Origin: Octopus vulgaris
Taxonomy: Eukaryota
Length of the DNA: 64,000 bases
Reading direction: 5' to 3'
NCBI GenBank assembly: GCA_951406725.2
Contig: OX597820.1
Location: 20,956,001-21,020,000, forward strand
In this document: positions 11,745 through 24,877 of the stretch, piece by piece
How positions within the stretch are numbered: position 1 is the first letter of the stretch
Layout: each line of letters starts with the position of its first letter
The notes under the pieces: generated by a model
Told to the model about the DNA's origin: nothing
Seen by the model: the letters and a program-made list of their open reading frames with translations, nothing else
Database searches by the model: none
Made by a program: the position numbers and the translations under genes

Positions 11745-12430
11745 CCAACCCTACAATGGTCACTCTTTCTTTCAGCTCCACAACACACACCTCTCTTAGC
11801 TCTACAATGTGTGCCTCCTTCTCTCAGATGTACAATTGTTACCCACTTCTCCCAGATTCACAATGTGTTCTCTTTCTGCCAGTCCTACAATGTATACCCT
11901 TTCTCCCAGTTCTATAATGTGTGCTCCCTTAATCTAACCCTACAATGTGTCCCACTTCTTTCAGACCTACAAGTGCACCCCGTTCTCCCAGACCTCTGAT
12001 GTATGCCCCCTTTTTCCTTGCCTATGATGTGTGCACTTTTCTCAAAGTCCTACAGTGCACACTCTTTTTCCCAGCCCCCCTTCAGCCAACCCACTATAAT
12101 GTGTTCTGCTTTGCCCAACCCTTTGATGTATGCCCTTTTCTTCCAAGCCTATGATGAGCACCCTCTTCTCCCAGTTTCACAATGTGATCTCTTTCTGTCA
12201 ATCCTACAATGTGTGCCCTTTCTCCCAGTTCTATTATGTGTGCTCCCTTAATCTAACCCTACATTGTGTCCCACTTCTTTCAGACCTACAAGTGCACCCT
12301 TTCTCCCAGACCTATGATGAGCACCCTCTTTTCATAGTCTCACAATGTGCTTCTCTTCTCCCAGAGCTACATTGTGCACCCTATTTTTCTAGCCCTACAG
12401 TATGCACCCCTCCTCCCAGTTCTACACTGA
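11745..12430. repeat. Degenerate ~23-bp pyrimidine-rich minisatellite
   Basis: Recurring CCTACAATGTGTGCCCTTTCTCCCAG-like unit, with a higher-order ~140-bp duplication (~11850-11995 vs ~12168-12312). Confidence 0.8.
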
Positions 12431-12776
12431 GCTTGCCTTCTTCCATCTCTATCCTGTGCAACTCTTTTAAAAACCTTTTCTACAAAATTCTTCCAGCCAT
12501 TACCATCTTCATATCAGCTAAAATGATCCAGTTGGAAACCTATAATCAACTTGAAAGCAAGAAGCCGACAGTTTTATTATCATATCTATGACTAAGTAAA
12601 TCTGTAATCTGGCAAAATTTTAGATGATTATGTTGAATCATTTGACAGGTCATAAGGCCATATGCTCCTCATGTTTTTCTTGACCCTGACACCAATTTTG
12701 TAATATCTCTTCTATTCCAAAAGTGAACTCTCCTGCTGTGTGTCTACAGTGACACCTCTTGTGCAGTGAAGATATT

Positions 12777-13165
12777 ACTCTTTTACTCTTTTACTTGTTT
12801 CAGTCATTTGACTGTGACCAAGCTGGAGCACCGCCTTTAGTCGAGCAAATCGACCCCCACGATTTATTCTTTGTAAGCCTAGTACTTATTCTATCAGTCT
12901 CTTTCACTGAACCGCTAAGTTACAGGGACGTAAACACACTAACATCGGTTGTCAAGCGATGTTGGGGGGACAAACACAAACACACACACATATATATATA
13001 TGACGGGCTTCTTTCAGTTTCCGTCTACCAAATCCACTCACAAGGCTTTGGTTGGCCCGAGGCTATAGCAGAAGACACTTGCCCAAGGTGCCACGCAGTG
13101 GGACTGAACCCGGAACCATGTGGTTGGTAAGCAAGCTACTTACCACTCAGCCACTCCTGCACCTA
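12777..13165 (-). mobile_element. SINE family A, full-length
   Basis: Reverse complement of 7532-7926. Confidence 0.9.
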
Positions 13166-13486
13166 TGTTATTTATGTTTTGCATAATGCAAAAGTCCAGG
13201 AGCTTGAAAGTTTGTGTAAATATCTGGAGCAATGAAATACCTTACAGGGAAAAGAAATACTGATTTCAAATATTGGCACAAGGCCAGCACTTTCAAAGAA
13301 GGAGATAATTTGATTATATCAACCTCAGTTCTTTTACTAATTTTATCAATCCTGGATGGATGAGAGGTAAAGTCAACCTTGGCAAAATTTTAACTCAGAA
13401 TGAAAAGACTGACAAAATACCACTAAGAATTTTGTCCAGTGTGCTAACAATTCTGTCAGCTCACTGTCTTCGGGAAAACTAATATT

Positions 13487-13649
13487 GGTGCAGGAGTGGC
13501 TGTGTGGTAAGTAGCTTGCTTATCAACCACATGGTTTCGGGTTCAGTCCCACTGCATGGCACTTTGGGCAAGTGCCTTCTACTATAACCTCGGGCCGACC
13601 AAAGCCTTGTGAGTGGATTTGGTAGATGGAAACTGAAAGAAGCCTGTCG

Positions 13650-13682
<33 letters not shown>

Positions 13683-13895
13683 GTATGTGTGTTTGTCCCC
13701 CCAACATTACTTGACAACTGATGCTGGTGTGTTTACGTCCCTGTAACTTAGCAGTTTGGCAAAAGAGACCGATAGAATAAGTACTAGTCTTACAAAGAAT
13801 AAGTCCTGGGGTCAATTTGCTCGACTAAAGGCGGTGCTCTAGCATGGCTGCAGTCAAATGACTGAAGCAAATAGAAGAGTAATAGAGTAAAAGAG
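13487..13895 (+). mobile_element. SINE family A, full-length
   Basis: Same consensus; inverted relative to the copy ~320 bp to its left. Confidence 0.9.
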
Positions 13896-14356
13896 CTTCA
13901 GGCAAGGTATTTGCTTGCAGAATACTGCTTGAGGAAAACTCACCCGACCCATGCTAGCATGGAGAAAAGGTGAACATAAAAAAACGATGATGATGATTAA
14001 GACTATTTGTCATATTACAATAGAAATCCTCTAATCAGATGGGAACTCAAAGAACCATTCAGAGTTGTTTACTCAAGGAAACAACTATTTATTAAAATAG
14101 CAACGTTTGGTCTCTTAACACACAATTTCCAAATCTTTACAGTAAAATTACTTTTGAAATGGAAAACTAATCAAAGTTTACTTTCAAACAAAGAGTTTTT
14201 TTGCTAAACCGAAGAAAATGTTATTTCTGTCTCAGTGATAAATAACAAACCAAGATTTAATCAAATCCTATTAGTTCAGTAAAATATTGCTTTGAAATTA
14301 GAATGTCACAGACTTTGTGCTTTTTTTTTCCAAATATATTTACCGCAACAAAAACA

Positions 14357-14366
14357 ATATATATAC

Positions 14367-14433
<67 letters not shown>

Positions 14434-14612
14434 CACACATACATATATATATACATACATACACATATACATACATACATATATATACATACATACACAT
14501 ATACATACATACATACATATATATATACATACATATATATACACACATACATATATATACATACATACATATATATACATACATACATATATATACATAT
14601 ATATATATACAT

Positions 14613-14643
<31 letters not shown>

Positions 14644-14657
14644 CATATATATATACA

Positions 14658-14689
<32 letters not shown>

Positions 14690-14711
14690 CATATATATAT
14701 ACATACATATA

Positions 14712-14743
<32 letters not shown>

Positions 14744-14848
14744 CACACACATATATATATACATATATATACATATATATACATACATACATACATATAT
14801 ATACATACATACACACACATATATATATATACATATATATACATATAT

Positions 14849-14881
<33 letters not shown>

Positions 14882-14905
14882 TATATACATACATACATAC
14901 ATACA

Positions 14906-14939
<34 letters not shown>

Positions 14940-15063
14940 CATATACATACATATATATATACATACATATACATATACATACATATATATATACATACAT
15001 ATATATATATACATACATATATATATAAACATACATATATACATACATATATACATACATACA

Positions 15064-15103
<40 letters not shown>

Positions 15104-15204
15104 AACATACATATATACATACATATATACATACATACATACATATATATATATACATACATATATGCATACATATATATATATACATACATACATATAT
15201 ACAT
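14357..15204. repeat. ~850-bp compound (TA)n/(TACA)n microsatellite, left flank of the LINE
   Basis: Directly visible; source of the YIYI/MYVC ORFs. Confidence 0.97.
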
Positions 15205-16846
15205 ATGAAGCATAATTCAGCAGTAGGTCCCGATAGGTTCCCTGCTTGTGTCTTGAAGATGTGTCAAAACCAACTTGCACCCCCTCTAGCCAATCTGTGG
15301 CGGAACTCATTGGATGCTGGATATATACCAGAAGACCTTCTATCCCAGTCTGTTGTCCCAGTTTTCAAAAAAGGAAACAAATCGCTTGCCGTGAATTACC
15401 GTCCAATCTCACTCACCTCTCATATCATCAAGGTATTTGAGAGGGTGCTGAGATCGCGTATGACTCACTTCCTTGAGAGTCATAATATGCTGAACCCCAA
15501 CCAGCATGGATTCCGTAATGGGAGAGATTGCCTGACGCAGCTACTGCATCATTTTGATGACATTTTGAGAGCCTTGGGAGAGGGTTCCAACACTGATGTC
15601 ATCTACCTTGATTTCAGCAAGGCCTTTGACAGGGTTGATCATAAGATCCTTCTGAGAAAGCTGTCCAATATTGGTGTCACTGGAAAGCTGCTGCAATGGA
15701 TCAAGTGCTTCCTCTCTAACAGAACCCAACATGTTGTAGTCGAAGGAGTCAAATCCAGCCCAGCCAAAGTCAGCAGTGGTGTCCCACAAGGCACTGTGTT
15801 GGGCCCACTTCTCTTCATCATCTACATAAATGATATTACTGACACCATCAAACACAGCAACATCAGAACCTTCGCTGATGATTCCAAGCTCCAGAAGGTC
15901 ATCAATGGCGTGGATGACCGAATAAACCTTCAGTCAGACCTACTAGCTGTTGTCCAATGGGCGGAAAAGAATAACATGTTGCTAAATGAAGACAAATTCG
16001 AACTGATCCACTTTGGAAGGGAGGACGCTCTGAAACTCCCATACTCTCTTCCTTCTGGAGAAATTCTCATGGCATCCAACAACATCAGAGACCTGGGAGT
16101 AACAGTGGACAACAACATAAGCTGGGCTACACATATAAGCAGCAAAGTTGACATGGCCCGCAGAATGTGTTCCTGGATTCTCAGAACCTTCCAGTCGAGA
16201 GATTCCCACGCCATTATCCTTCTTTTCTCCACTTTTGCCCGACCCCACCTTGAATACTGCTGTCCACTGTGGTCTCCCTACACAAAACAAAATATTATGA
16301 GAATTGAAGCTCCCCAAAGGTCAATCACAAAAAAGATAGATGGCCTGTCAGACCTTGACTACTGGGGTAGACTAGAGAAGCTGAAATTGTATTCACTCCA
16401 ACGACGCCGTGAACGCTACATTATCTGTATGATGTGGAAAATATTCCATCAGCACTGTCCGAATGATGTTGGCATCACCTTCAAAATGCATCCAAGGCTT
16501 GGACCACGTGCCATCCGTCCACAACAAAAATCTAAATCGCATCACATAACGACAATACGGCACAACTATTTCACCTCAATTGGACCCGCTCTCTTCAACA
16601 TTACACCAGGACACGTCAAAAAAGAAACTGACCACACAAAATTCAAGAAGTCTTTGGACAAATTCCTTCAAACAGTACCGGACAAACCATCCACACCCGG
16701 ATATGTCTCCGCAAACAATAACTCTCTGCTCGAATGGGCCTTGGTGCCCAAATCCTGAACTGAAAGACTTCGCCAGGTGGTGCTATTAAGTTAGACATGG
16801 CCTGGGCCAATACTGGCCAAAAACCTTTCTAAGTTATTCTAAGTTA
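15205..16846 (+). mobile_element. 5'-truncated, apparently young CR1/L2-group LINE with an uninterrupted RT ORF (15205-16758, 517 aa)
   Basis: Motifs [51 protein letters not shown], and a CR1-type C-terminus [13 protein letters not shown]...[10 protein letters not shown]. No endonuclease domain (truncated). Short 3'UTR ends in (TTCTAAGTTA)x2 at 16827-16846. Confidence 0.93.
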
Positions 16847-17282
16847 CATACATACATATATATATATACATACATATATACATACATATATATATATACA
16901 TACATACATATATACATACATATATATATATACATACATATATACATACATATATATATATACATACATATATACATACATATATATATATATATACATA
17001 CATACATATATACATACATATATATATATACATACATACATATATACATACATATATATATATATACATACATACATATATATATACATATATACATACA
17101 TATATACATACATATATATATATACATACATACATATATACATACATACATATATACATACATATATATATATACATACATATATATATACATACATATA
17201 TATATATACATACATATATATATATACAAATATATATATACAGACATATATATACACACATACAGAGGCATGTGTGTATGTA

Positions 17283-17330
<48 letters not shown>
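16847..17330. repeat. ~480-bp compound (TA)n/(TACA)n microsatellite, right flank of the LINE
   Basis: Directly visible; same strand polarity as the left flank. Confidence 0.97.
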
Positions 17331-17336
<6 letters not shown>

Positions 17337-17919
17337 GGTGTGGCTGTATGGTAAGAAACTTACTTCCTAACAACACAAAAGGATGTAGTTGAATCATTGC
17401 TAGACAAATAGAAAATGCAGGCTTTGTATGCATCTGATGCACTTATAGCACTAAGTATAAAAAGCACACCAAAAATAGGCTCTTTTAAATGTGCAGCTAC
17501 TTCACTAGAAGTAGTTGATAGCTTCTGTTACTAAATGACATAATTAGCAGTAGAGGTGGTTGTTCAAAAACTACTGTAGTTAGGATAAGAAGAGGTTGGG
17601 AAAAATTTAGGACATATTACCTCTACTGACAACAATAAAGGTAACAGAATGAATGGCAGATTGTATGATGTTTGATTTCACTGGTGCATGGTATGAGAAC
17701 ATGGGCCTTGACTGCAAAAAACTGAAAGCAGAGAATGCAAGAGACAAATGAAGCAAATATGCTCCAATGGATGTATAACGCCATTGTGCATAAATGCCAG
17801 AGTCAAAATGACCAAAGAGAAAACTAGGCACAACAGGAATGGTAAAGTGTGCATGGGAGATAGCTGCACTGCTATGAACATGAAAAAACCCAGTGATCTA
17901 GCGAATCTAGGTCTTTGAT

Positions 17920-18685
17920 CTCTGACCACTGACCATGCAGCAGCCATGACAACCAGACCAGTCAGTTCCAGCGATGAGACCAACCTGCAGCAACTCAGGA
18001 CCGTTCTCCACCATCGCCATCATCTCAACTGTCAACGTTCTCTACCGTCGCTATCACCACCGTCGACTTCAACGATACGTACACAACATTCACCCAGTTT
18101 AACTTCTCTCTGTTTGTGACTACTTCACCAAGGTTAATAGTCGTGAACTACCTGCAAGAATTCCTGTATCAAGTAACCCGGCACGGCATAATAGCCACAA
18201 CCTCTACACAACACGTGTAGTAACCAGTTCTGCCTCGTGACCTCAACTTCTTGTACAGGACTACAATTATTGTGTAACCTTACTACGAACTGGTAAATTA
18301 ACTCCATCTTGTCTGAAATATCCTGAGAGACTCATTCCATACTCTGTATTCTGTCTCACGTGCATACACCTTGTTTGTACTTATGTTCACTCTTGTAACG
18401 CACACACAAACACACAGACACAAACAACATGTCGCACTCACAGACACTACACATTGCTAGCGCTCACACACGCTCTTATCTTATTGTACACATCTGTAAA
18501 TAAAGTCTTCTTTCTCTCAAAACAGTAGAACGGTTGTGTTTTCTTCCTTATTCTTTTTGGCACTTATTCTTTTATGCCATGCATGTGGCTAGTCTTCTTT
18601 TGTGGGACAACCGTGCGGCGTTTAAAAGGAGACATTTCAGTCACCAACTCCTTTATGTATGGTCGTTTCTCTACGCACCTTTCAA
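17920..18685 (+). mobile_element. Possible solo LTR
   Basis: CpG-richer non-coding island with AATAAA near 18498 followed by T-rich sequence ending ...CA; boundaries and TSD not established. Confidence 0.3.
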
Positions 18686-18858
18686 AAAATGGGTGTTAGA
18701 GTTCAGGGCCAAAATACCCAAGGATCACTGGATACTATCTGATATCAGATAGTTACTGCTGACCAAAGCTCTGTTCACTTTGGTGAATGGAAAAGAAGCA
18801 CCTCTTTCTGGGTATCATTGACGACATGTGTGAATGTGTTAATATATTTATGCATGTG

Positions 18859-18903
<45 letters not shown>

Positions 18904-20553
18904 CTTTACTACCCACAAGGGGCTAAACATAGAGGGGACAAACGGATTAAGTCGATTACATCGACCCAGTGTGAAACTGGTACTTTGTTTATCGACCCCG
19001 AGAGGATGAAAGGCAAAGTCGACCTCGGCGGAATTTGAACTCAGAACGTAACGACAGACGAAATACGGCTAAGCATTTCACCTGGCGCGCTAACGTTTCT
19101 GCCAGCTCGCCGCCTTGATATATATATATGGAACAAAAACACAATAGAGGACAATAAAATCATTCAGACAGATAGACAATACAAAGGCAGACAAGAGAAA
19201 CAATAATTAGAAGGACAGGCAAAAACAGACAGGTCATTCATGGCCTTCTTTCTTCAGTCAAGTACCAGACGTCACAACCATTTCAGGCAGTTACACTTGA
19301 GATGGCTTGATCTGGTTGCCCCAAAAATGTCTAAGCTAAGAGCATAAGACCCCTCTGTAAGAAAGCTAGCAAATAGATGCATATAGGATAAAGACCCCCC
19401 CCTTCGGTCATGAATAACCACATGATTGCATCTAGAAAGTTTCCCTCTGAGGCACGAGTCTGGGCAAGATTGTTTATGGAAGACCAGCAGTCACCCATGC
19501 ATACCAGCATCCCCGCTCTCCACACCACCAATGTTATCCAAGGGAAAGGCAAAGGCCAATAAGGCACTCTACAGCTGAGTGAACTGAAGCCACATGAAAT
19601 AAAGTGTCTTGCTCAAGAACACAACACACAGCCCAGTCCAGGAATAGAACTCACTACCTCATGATTTTGGGCCTGGTGCTCTAACCACTGAGCCATGCCT
19701 ATGTATATATATATGCGTGTGTATGTTGAGTGTATATAAGTACAATAAACTGAGAAAACTACTTTAAACGACTGAAAAATAACCCCAAACCTTTATGGCT
19801 TAACTATTTTATTACGCATGTAAGAAAAATGAATCCCTCCCAGTGAGTAATGACTTTGTCTCAAGTGCAACTCCTTGAATTAAGGAATTTCTTGAAATCG
19901 TATTTTTATGTGTTTTGGCCTAGAAGTGTGAGGGAGTTTCCATGCAGTGTGGTTGGTCTGTTTTTTTTTCTTTGTTTTTTCTTTTGCATGTTAGTCATTT
20001 GCTTGTTATTTTTATTGTATTTTGTTTACAGGTAATGATTTTCGTGTGGGTCACATTAAACAATGCATGAATGTGTGGGTGTTGGTAAATCAATGCTGTA
20101 TCTTATTTTACGACAAGTAAAAAAAATAACAATAATCTAAATATTTCAGTCAGTTGAATGGGTGTGGTGTCCATACAAGAGGCATATATAAATGTTTTCT
20201 TACTGAAACATGCAGAAAATAACTTATTTATCATTGTACAAACCTACTATCTTAAAGATTGTGTATTTGGGATGGACATTGTGTTTCGGCTAGAGTGATA
20301 AATTGGTGTATTGCATGGCTTTGCATATGTGTATCTGTCTGTATTATATATGTTTATATATGAATATAGATTTGGTGAAACAAACAAGAAAATAGAAAAA
20401 CGGCCACGATCAGTTGGTGCTTTTTACATGCCAGTGGCACAGGTGCCAGGGGAGGCTGGCAACGGCCACGATCCGATGGTACTTTTTATGTGCCACCAGC
20501 ACAGAAGCCAGTCAAAGACATTTTTTTTTAAATATAAAAGCGTGCAAACTTAC

Positions 20554-20809
20554 GAAATCCTTCTGTAAATTCTTTGAGGGTAAGATATCCGTTCTTATCA
20601 TCATCTAAAATGTCGAATACTTGTTCCAACGCTTCAGGAGGAAGGGACAACTCTGGTTGTAGTCTCTGTAAGTCATACTTATTGACAAAACCTTTCCCTT
20701 CTTTGTCACATAGTATAAACAGTTCCCGTGACTTTTTATACTGCATGTCTTCTAACTCCCCTACAGTGAGGTTTGAACTCCCCATGGTTCCAGTTTCGGC
20801 TTCATACAT
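20554..20809 (-). CDS. CRACR2A: CRACR2A/EFCAB4B (Rab46)-like gene, first coding exon (EF-hand pair)
   Basis: Translates MYEAE...KSRELFILCDKEGKGFVNKYDLQRLQPELSLPPEALEQVFDILDDDKNGYLTLKEFTEGF. This parallels the CRACR2A N-terminus as I recall it ([24 protein letters not shown]...[25 protein letters not shown]). Donor GTAAGT at 20553-20548 (phase 1). In-frame TAG upstream at 20941-20939. Candidate acceptors: TTTTTCAG before 20971, or CCTACAG before 20816. Confidence 0.9.
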
Positions 20810-21044
20810 TGTTAAGCTGTAGGAAATCCGACTATGAACCAGAATTAATTGATTTGAACTTTTTTGTTTACATAAGTTTTGCCAAAATTTAGAAGTAACA
20901 AAGGAGTGTATTCTTCTAAGGTGTAGGACTTTTGAAGGCTATCATTTTGTTCTTTTATTCTGAACGTCTATCTGAAAAACAACAAAATAAAAATTCTATT
21001 AAATATGGTTTCATACATACATACATATATATATATATAAAATT

Positions 21045-21265
21045 TTTTATAATTATGAGTATAATTATAATTAGGGTTCAGCAAAAATTTGCTTCACCAC
21101 ATATCAAAATTTAGAAATAGTAGTTAAAACTAACTATTTCTCTACCATAAGAAAATCTCTTATCGTAGAGAAATAGTTAGTTTTAACTGCTATTTCTAAA
21201 TTCCGGTATGTGGTGAAGCAAACTTTTGCTGAACCCTAATTATAATTATACTCATAATTATAAAA
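21045..21265. repeat. Near-perfect ~220-bp palindrome
   Basis: Arms 21045-21152 and 21158-21265 with a 5-nt loop; about 6 mismatches by hand count. Confidence 0.95.
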
Positions 21266-21370
21266 TATTTTTGCTTAAGTTTACCAAAAATGGTTCTTTT
21301 AACATACCGAACTACTTGGTAAAATTATCAATTATTAATTAATTGATTAATTAATTTTACCCTTTATTAT

Positions 21371-21410
<40 letters not shown>

Positions 21411-21705
21411 GAAAGGGGAGGAGGAGAAGAACGAAGATGAAGAAGAAGAAACTGCACTAATTCTTTCATGTCACAGTTAATTCATTCCAAAGATTATTTT
21501 TACAATCAAATCATTTCAAAATAAAATACCTGTACAAATACAGCTTATCATGAACAAATTATTTCCAAAAATGTTGCTTCATATTCCAAAATATCATGTA
21601 ACATCTAAAATGCTTTACTATAATCAAAGGATTTTGAGATTACACATTCCAAATTACATTTTTACATTCATATCATCTCTAAATACATATGGTAGCCAGA
21701 AACTC

Positions 21706-21738
<33 letters not shown>

Positions 21739-22412
21739 ACGTGTGCATGTGAGTGTGTGTGTGTTATCAAAAACTTTATCATCATCATCATTTAATATCC
21801 ATCTGCCATACCTATTTCTTTACTACCCACAAGGGGCTAAACACAGAGAGGACAAACAAGGACAGACAAATGGATTAAGTAACTGGTACTTATTTAATTG
21901 ATCCCGAAAGGATGAAAGACAAAGTCGACCTTGGCGGAATTTGAACTCAGAACGTAGCAGCAGACGAAATACCGCTAAGCATTTCGCCCGGCGTGCTAAC
22001 GTTTCTGCCAGCTCGCTGCCTTTTCCAACTGCAATGCTGAAATGGGTTGGACAGCTTGGCAGGAATTGGCAAACCTGAAGACTGCACCAAGATCTACTGT
22101 CTTTTATGGCATGGTTTTAATGGTTGGATGTCCTTATGCAAACCAACCACTTTGCAGAGTGTACAGGGTCCTTTTTACATGGCACCAGCACCAGCGAGCT
22201 CACCAAGAAACCTGCAAGACAAAGATCCTTCAATTGAGAGGGAGTACGGTATTAAGTAAGGTTAGAGTGTGTGTATGTGTGTATATATATACTTTAAGTT
22301 GTTGTATTTCCAAGTAGTATACTCATGGTTATGGCATATAACTAATCAGAAAGTTTACTATTGCACTTGTCAATACCAAATACATAAATGTGTGTGTGTA
22401 TGTGTGTGTAGT

Positions 22413-22749
22413 GAAGGTGCATGGCTCAGTGGTATGAGCGTTGAGCTTACAATCGTGAGGTTGTGCGTTTGAATCCCGGACCGGGCTGCATGTGTTGTGT
22501 TCTTGAGCAAGACACTTTATTTCACGTTGCTCCAGTTCACTCAACTGTAGAAATGACTTGCGATGTTACTGGTGCCAAGCTGTATCGGTCTTTGCCTTTC
22601 CCTTGGATAACACTGGTGGCATGGAGAGGGGAGGCTGGTATGCATGGGCGACTGCTAGTCTTCCATAAACAACCTTGCCCGGACTTGTGCCTGGGAAGGT
22701 AACTTTCTAGGTGTAATCCCATGGTCAGTCATGACCGAAGGGGATCTCA
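22413..22749 (+). mobile_element. SINE family D
   Basis: Colinear with 6729-7062. Confidence 0.85.
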
Positions 22750-23042
22750 GTATGTGTGTGTGTGTGTGAGTGTGTGCATGTGTGTGTTTCCTTTTGTCTT
22801 ACTTTTGTAGATCCATAATTAAGTTGTTAGGAAAAATATGAGGAATATCGTTGTTTTCAACATAAAATATGAAAATTTGCAAGCAAACATAAATGCATAC
22901 ATGGACAATAAAGAACCGTTTATACAAGTTTTCCCTGCCACTTACATGCGTTTGTTGTTCAAATGTCAGCTCATTGGCTGAATATATTTTTCTTCAGAAA
23001 AACTGTTCACTACAAAATTTGTTAATTTAATATACCATTCAT

Positions 23043-23335
23043 GGAGGCGCAATAGCCCAGTCGTTAGGGCAGCGAACTCACGGTCAAAGGATCGCAGTTT
23101 CGATTCTCAGACTGGCATTGTGTGTGTTTATTGAGCGAAAACACCTAAAACTCACGAGGCTCTGGCAGGGAGTGGTGGCGACCCCTGTTGTACTCTTTCG
23201 CCCCAACTTTCTCTCACTCTTTCTTCCTGTTTCTTGAGTAATGCTGTGATGGACTGGCGTCCTGTCCAGCTGGGGGAACACATACGCCACAGAAACTGGG
23301 CCTATGAGCCTGGCTGGGCTGGAAAAGGGTGAAAA
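23043..23335 (+). mobile_element. SINE family E (tRNA head plus V-domain-like CTGCGATGGACTGGCGTCCTGTCCAG)
   Basis: A/B boxes present; copies at 36458-36760(+), 38605-38910(+), 53745-54048(-). Confidence 0.85.
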
Positions 23336-23950
23336 AAGGCAAAAGTGTACCATTCAAATATGATCTCCCAACATTTATACACATCTGTAGTCTATTCAGG
23401 GTATGTTATTCAAATTTTAAACCATTAAGTGGAATGGATTCCCAGTGGTATATACACATACACATTGTCAGTTCATGGTTCATTGATTAAAATTTTAGCT
23501 CATTATGCTTAGTTAAAATTTTCTTCAGAAAAATCCCTTTGTTATTCAATTTGTTCATTTAGAGACCCATTTATATACGGCTACCCGGCTGTACATTGAA
23601 AGGAAGTGAGAATTATTATTAAATTTAATGACATCTCAGCCCTTTCATTAATATATGCATACTTAATGAGAACATGCATAAACGAACGTGAATAAAAAGA
23701 AAGGAAATTAGCATAGGGAGCCAGATGTAAGCCCTACAGTCAGTTTACATTTACTACTCAAATTTATTGACTTTACAAATTCAGTTGTTAATTTGAGAGA
23801 GAAAGAGAGAGAAAGGGGCATTATAGTACTTCCATGTTTTAATATAGGATTTTTGTATTTTTTTACAACACAAAAAACCCAGGTGGCTAACCGGACACTG
23901 CACTTGTGTCTTTACTGTTACTGACAATAAATGCCTTATTGATTACTTAA

Positions 23951-24170
23951 CCCTTTAGTATTCAGATTACTCTGTTAAATATAATACTTTTTCACTCAAA
24001 TTGTTTTGAATTGATCATGCATTATCTTATAGCTTTGAGGTTTCAGTGATGTGATTGTTTATTTTTAGAATGACGTTGTAGGTTAAGTGTGAGAGGATAG
24101 ATATCGCCAGTTTGAATGTAAAACATTTAGAATATTTGGGCCGGATATAGCCGGTTTAAACACTAAAGGG
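23951..24170. mobile_element. piggyBac-like MITE, same family, opposite orientation
   Basis: TTAA TSD and CCCTTTAG TIR. Confidence 0.88.
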
Positions 24171-24809
24171 TTAAGAGATAAAGGAAACAAGTAGTTTAAT
24201 GCTTTATGATTAAAAAAAAAATTAAGCTTTAAATTAATAAACTATTTTTCCCAGAAACAACACACAGTTTCCATCTATCAAATCTATGCATAAGGCTTTG
24301 GTCAGATTGGGGATATAGTGGAAGACACTTGTTCAAATTGCCATACAGTAGGATTGAACCCAAAGCCATGTGGTTGGGGAACAAACTTCTAGCCACACAA
24401 TGATACCTGCACTTTTTACGTAAGTTTATATATATATATATATATATAATTATTAATATTAGGGAAGTTATTTCCAAGTCCACAAGGGCGAGAAATTCAA
24501 TTTAGAGGTACTAAATTGAATTTCTCACTGTATTATATACATATATATACATAAACCTACACATACATACACACACACACATATTATATACATATATATA
24601 CATAAACCTACACATACATACACACACACTTCAAAGGCCTTCCACTCATATCTACATCACTTTGTTTTCAAAGATGGAATTGGTAACTTCTGTCATCTTT
24701 TCCCATGGATTTTCCTTAATATTTCTGCAATGGAACAGCTACTGATATTATCTTTTACTAAGGATGATTTGGTAACTGCTATTATTCTTGATTAAGGCTA
24801 TTCTTTATT

Positions 24810-24877
24810 TCTCTCTGATGACGGAACAGTTAGCTTATGTAGAAGTCTTTACTCAATTCTAGAAACAGTTGTAGGAG
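24810..24877 (+). ncRNA. Decayed type I hammerhead motif
   Basis: UCUCU-CUGAUGA-CGGAA...UUCUA-GAAA-CAGUUG-UA-GGAGA: 5-bp stem I; the closing pair of stem II is mismatched. Confidence 0.5.

Noticed and set aside
11691-12591. Cys/Pro/Phe-rich ORFs of 69-153 aa
   Set aside because: Derived from the degenerate 23-bp minisatellite; no splice or homology support.
12759-13130. Recurrent peptide [40 protein letters not shown] in many ORFs
   Set aside because: Antisense translation of SINE A, not a gene family.
14257-15310. Long YIYI/MYVC/HTYI ORFs, and the first 296 aa of the 813-aa ORF
   Set aside because: Translations of a stop-free microsatellite. Only 15205-16758 is real (LINE RT) coding sequence, so this is not a genuine fusion protein.
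19240-19310. GAAA...CUGAAGA on the minus strand as a type II hammerhead
   Set aside because: Could not form convincing stems or place an NUH triplet.
20528-20553. C-terminal RKFARFYI* of the 93-aa ORF as a short standalone EF-hand protein
   Set aside because: Read-through into the intron past a perfect GTAAGT donor; the downstream exons continue the CRACR2A-like sequence in frame.
23043-23120. tRNA-like sequences at SINE heads (also 6729, 22413, 36458, 38605)
   Set aside because: A/B boxes are present, but there is no complete acceptor stem and each continues into a SINE body.
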